NCBI GenBank assembly: GCA_963797735.1
Contig: CAWCQJ010000005.1
Coordinates: forward strand, 4,812-68,811
DNA: 64,000 bases
Direction of reading: 5' to 3'
Source of the DNA: an uncultured Chloroflexia bacterium
GTDB lineage: Bacteria > Chloroflexota > Dehalococcoidia > Tepidiformales > Tepidiformaceae
Positions 60,343 through 64,000 of this stretch are shown here, in pieces. The notes under the pieces were generated by a model. That model searched no databases, was not told the origin of the DNA, and saw nothing but the letters and a program-made list of their open reading frames with translations. The translations under genes were made by a program, and so were the position numbers. How positions within the stretch are numbered: position 1 is the stretch's first letter; each line of letters starts with the position of its first letter.

Positions 60343-60349
60343 AGGTGTT

Positions 60350-60424
60350 TGGTAGCGGGGAAGGGATTCGAACCCCTGACCTTCGGGTTATGAGCCCGAC
60401 GAGCTGCCACTGCTCCACCCCGCG
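60350..60424 (-). tRNA. initiator tRNA-fMet (CAU), CCA encoded
   Basis: The minus strand reads CGCGGGGTGGAGCAGTGGCAGCTCGTCGGGCTCATAACCCGAAGGTCAGGGGTTCGAATCCCTTCCCCGCTACCA. It has a 1:72 mismatch and three G-C pairs closing the anticodon stem. Confidence 0.9.
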
Positions 60425-60450
60425 GTGGGACAAGGCGGCGAGAGAGCACA

Positions 60451-60480
60451 CCTTAATGAACTGAAGAGCGAAGAACTGCA
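60451..60480 (-). other. 3' half of the 23S processing (RNase III-type) stem
   Basis: It is complementary to 63528-63557: TGCAGTTCTTCGCTCTTCAGTTCATTAAGG against TGCAGTTTCTTCGCTCTTCAGTTCTTAAGG read on opposite strands. Confidence 0.7.
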
Positions 60481-60513
60481 AACGGGCGACTCTAGACAGC
60501 GAGTCTTCAATAT

Positions 60514-63456
<2,943 letters not shown>

Positions 63457-63527
63457 TACATTAAGACTCGATATCTATGAATTGCCTATAGCGCTGGATG
63501 CACATGTCGGTGCACATCCAACGCGGA

Positions 63528-63557
63528 TGCAGTTTCTTCGCTCTTCAGTTCTTAAGG
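63528..63557 (-). other. 5' half of the 23S processing stem
   Basis: See 60451-60480. Confidence 0.7.
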
Positions 63558-63784
63558 TGCGCCCACCAGCGGACTGGTGGTTTCCGGCTTCGCCGCCGGC
63601 CACTGCCTGGAGCAGTGGCCGATTGTGAAACTCGTTTTGAAGTACTGGACAATCGCCGGACAAAACAAAACCGGCCCGCAGCGGCGGACCGGTTGTCCAT
63701 TCCGTTGCGTGTGAGGCCGCTAGTGGTTCTTGCCTGCTATTGCTGTTCCCTCTTGGTACTCGGGCGATGGCCCGTGGCTATGGT

Positions 63785-63860
63785 TGGTGGAGCCGAGGAG
63801 ATTCGAACTCCTGACCTCCGCCTTGCAAAGGCGGCGCTCTCCCAACTAAGCTACGGCCCC
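63785..63860 (-). tRNA. tRNA-Ala (UGC)
   Basis: Minus strand GGGGCCGTAGCTTAGTTGGGAGAGCGCCGCCTTTGCAAGGCGGAGGTCAGGAGTTCGAATCTCCTCGGCTCCACCA. Confidence 0.92.
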
Positions 63861-63944
63861 TCCTCGAATATGCTGAACGGCCAGTATGCCACGCCTTTGC
63901 TCGTTGCGGCAATTAGTATCGCCGGCATCGAACCAGATGTGGGT

Positions 63945-64000
63945 TGGTGGGCCATTCTGGACTCGAACCAGAGACCTCAGTCTTATCAGGACTGCGCTCT
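63945..64000 (-). tRNA. tRNA-Ile (GAU), 5' part cut by the window edge
   Basis: Minus strand ...AGAGCGCAGTCCTGATAAGACTGAGGTCTCTGGTTCGAGTCCAGAATGGCCCACCA. Confidence 0.85.

Noticed and set aside
60425-60513. Searched for a 5S rRNA between 23S and tRNA-fMet
   Set aside because: Only 89 nt are available, most of it pairs with the 23S 5' flank, and there are no 5S loop motifs.

Overview
High-GC (about 62%) bacterial chromosomal segment. It is densely coding, with no transposase, integrase, prophage or CRISPR signal. Order of content: acnA and icd; an F420/LLM-type oxidoreductase; two tRNA-Glu genes flanking ccdA; galU; infC-rpmI-rplT; an ABC-2 exporter; the yggS-proC-yggT-yggT cluster; an nrdR-orf-nrdJ operon with tandem NrdR boxes; a REC-GGDEF-HD-GYP protein; a DtxR-family regulator; an AT-rich island with a tiny self-contained gene next to a sortase; metabolic genes (crotonase, DAHP synthase, M20 peptidase, two acyl-CoA dehydrogenases, thioesterases); cupredoxin and CHRD envelope proteins; RNase P RNA; polA; three toxin-antitoxin-like pairs; a second ABC-2 exporter; a Mo-hydroxylase operon (FAD, 2Fe-2S and Mo subunits) ending in a retropepsin-like protease plus a MoaD/ThiS-like GG protein; DUF2207; a LuxR regulator. 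The window ends in the 3' part of a minus-strand rRNA operon: tRNA-Ile, tRNA-Ala, 23S, no 5S, tRNA-fMet, terminator. The lineage looks like a monoderm with F420-type and DinB-rich content (Chloroflexota- or Actinomycetota-like), but that is a weak inference. The dominant observation is about 25 coding lesions in about 17 otherwise well-conserved genes: about 21 single-base frameshifts, 3 in-frame TAG codons and 1 ATG-to-ATA start. Affected genes include acnA, proC and yggS, while polA, nrdJ and the Mo subunit are intact. Several indels sit in short homopolymers or next to CCGG, so consensus error is the leading explanation and real pseudogenisation is the alternative. I found no clear novel multi-gene system. 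The best candidates for follow-up are the 18-codon mini-gene beside an anchor-less sortase, the retropepsin plus ubiquitin-like pair on the Mo-hydroxylase operon, the unknown ORF inside the nrdR-nrdJ operon, and a 453-aa three-module protein after galU.
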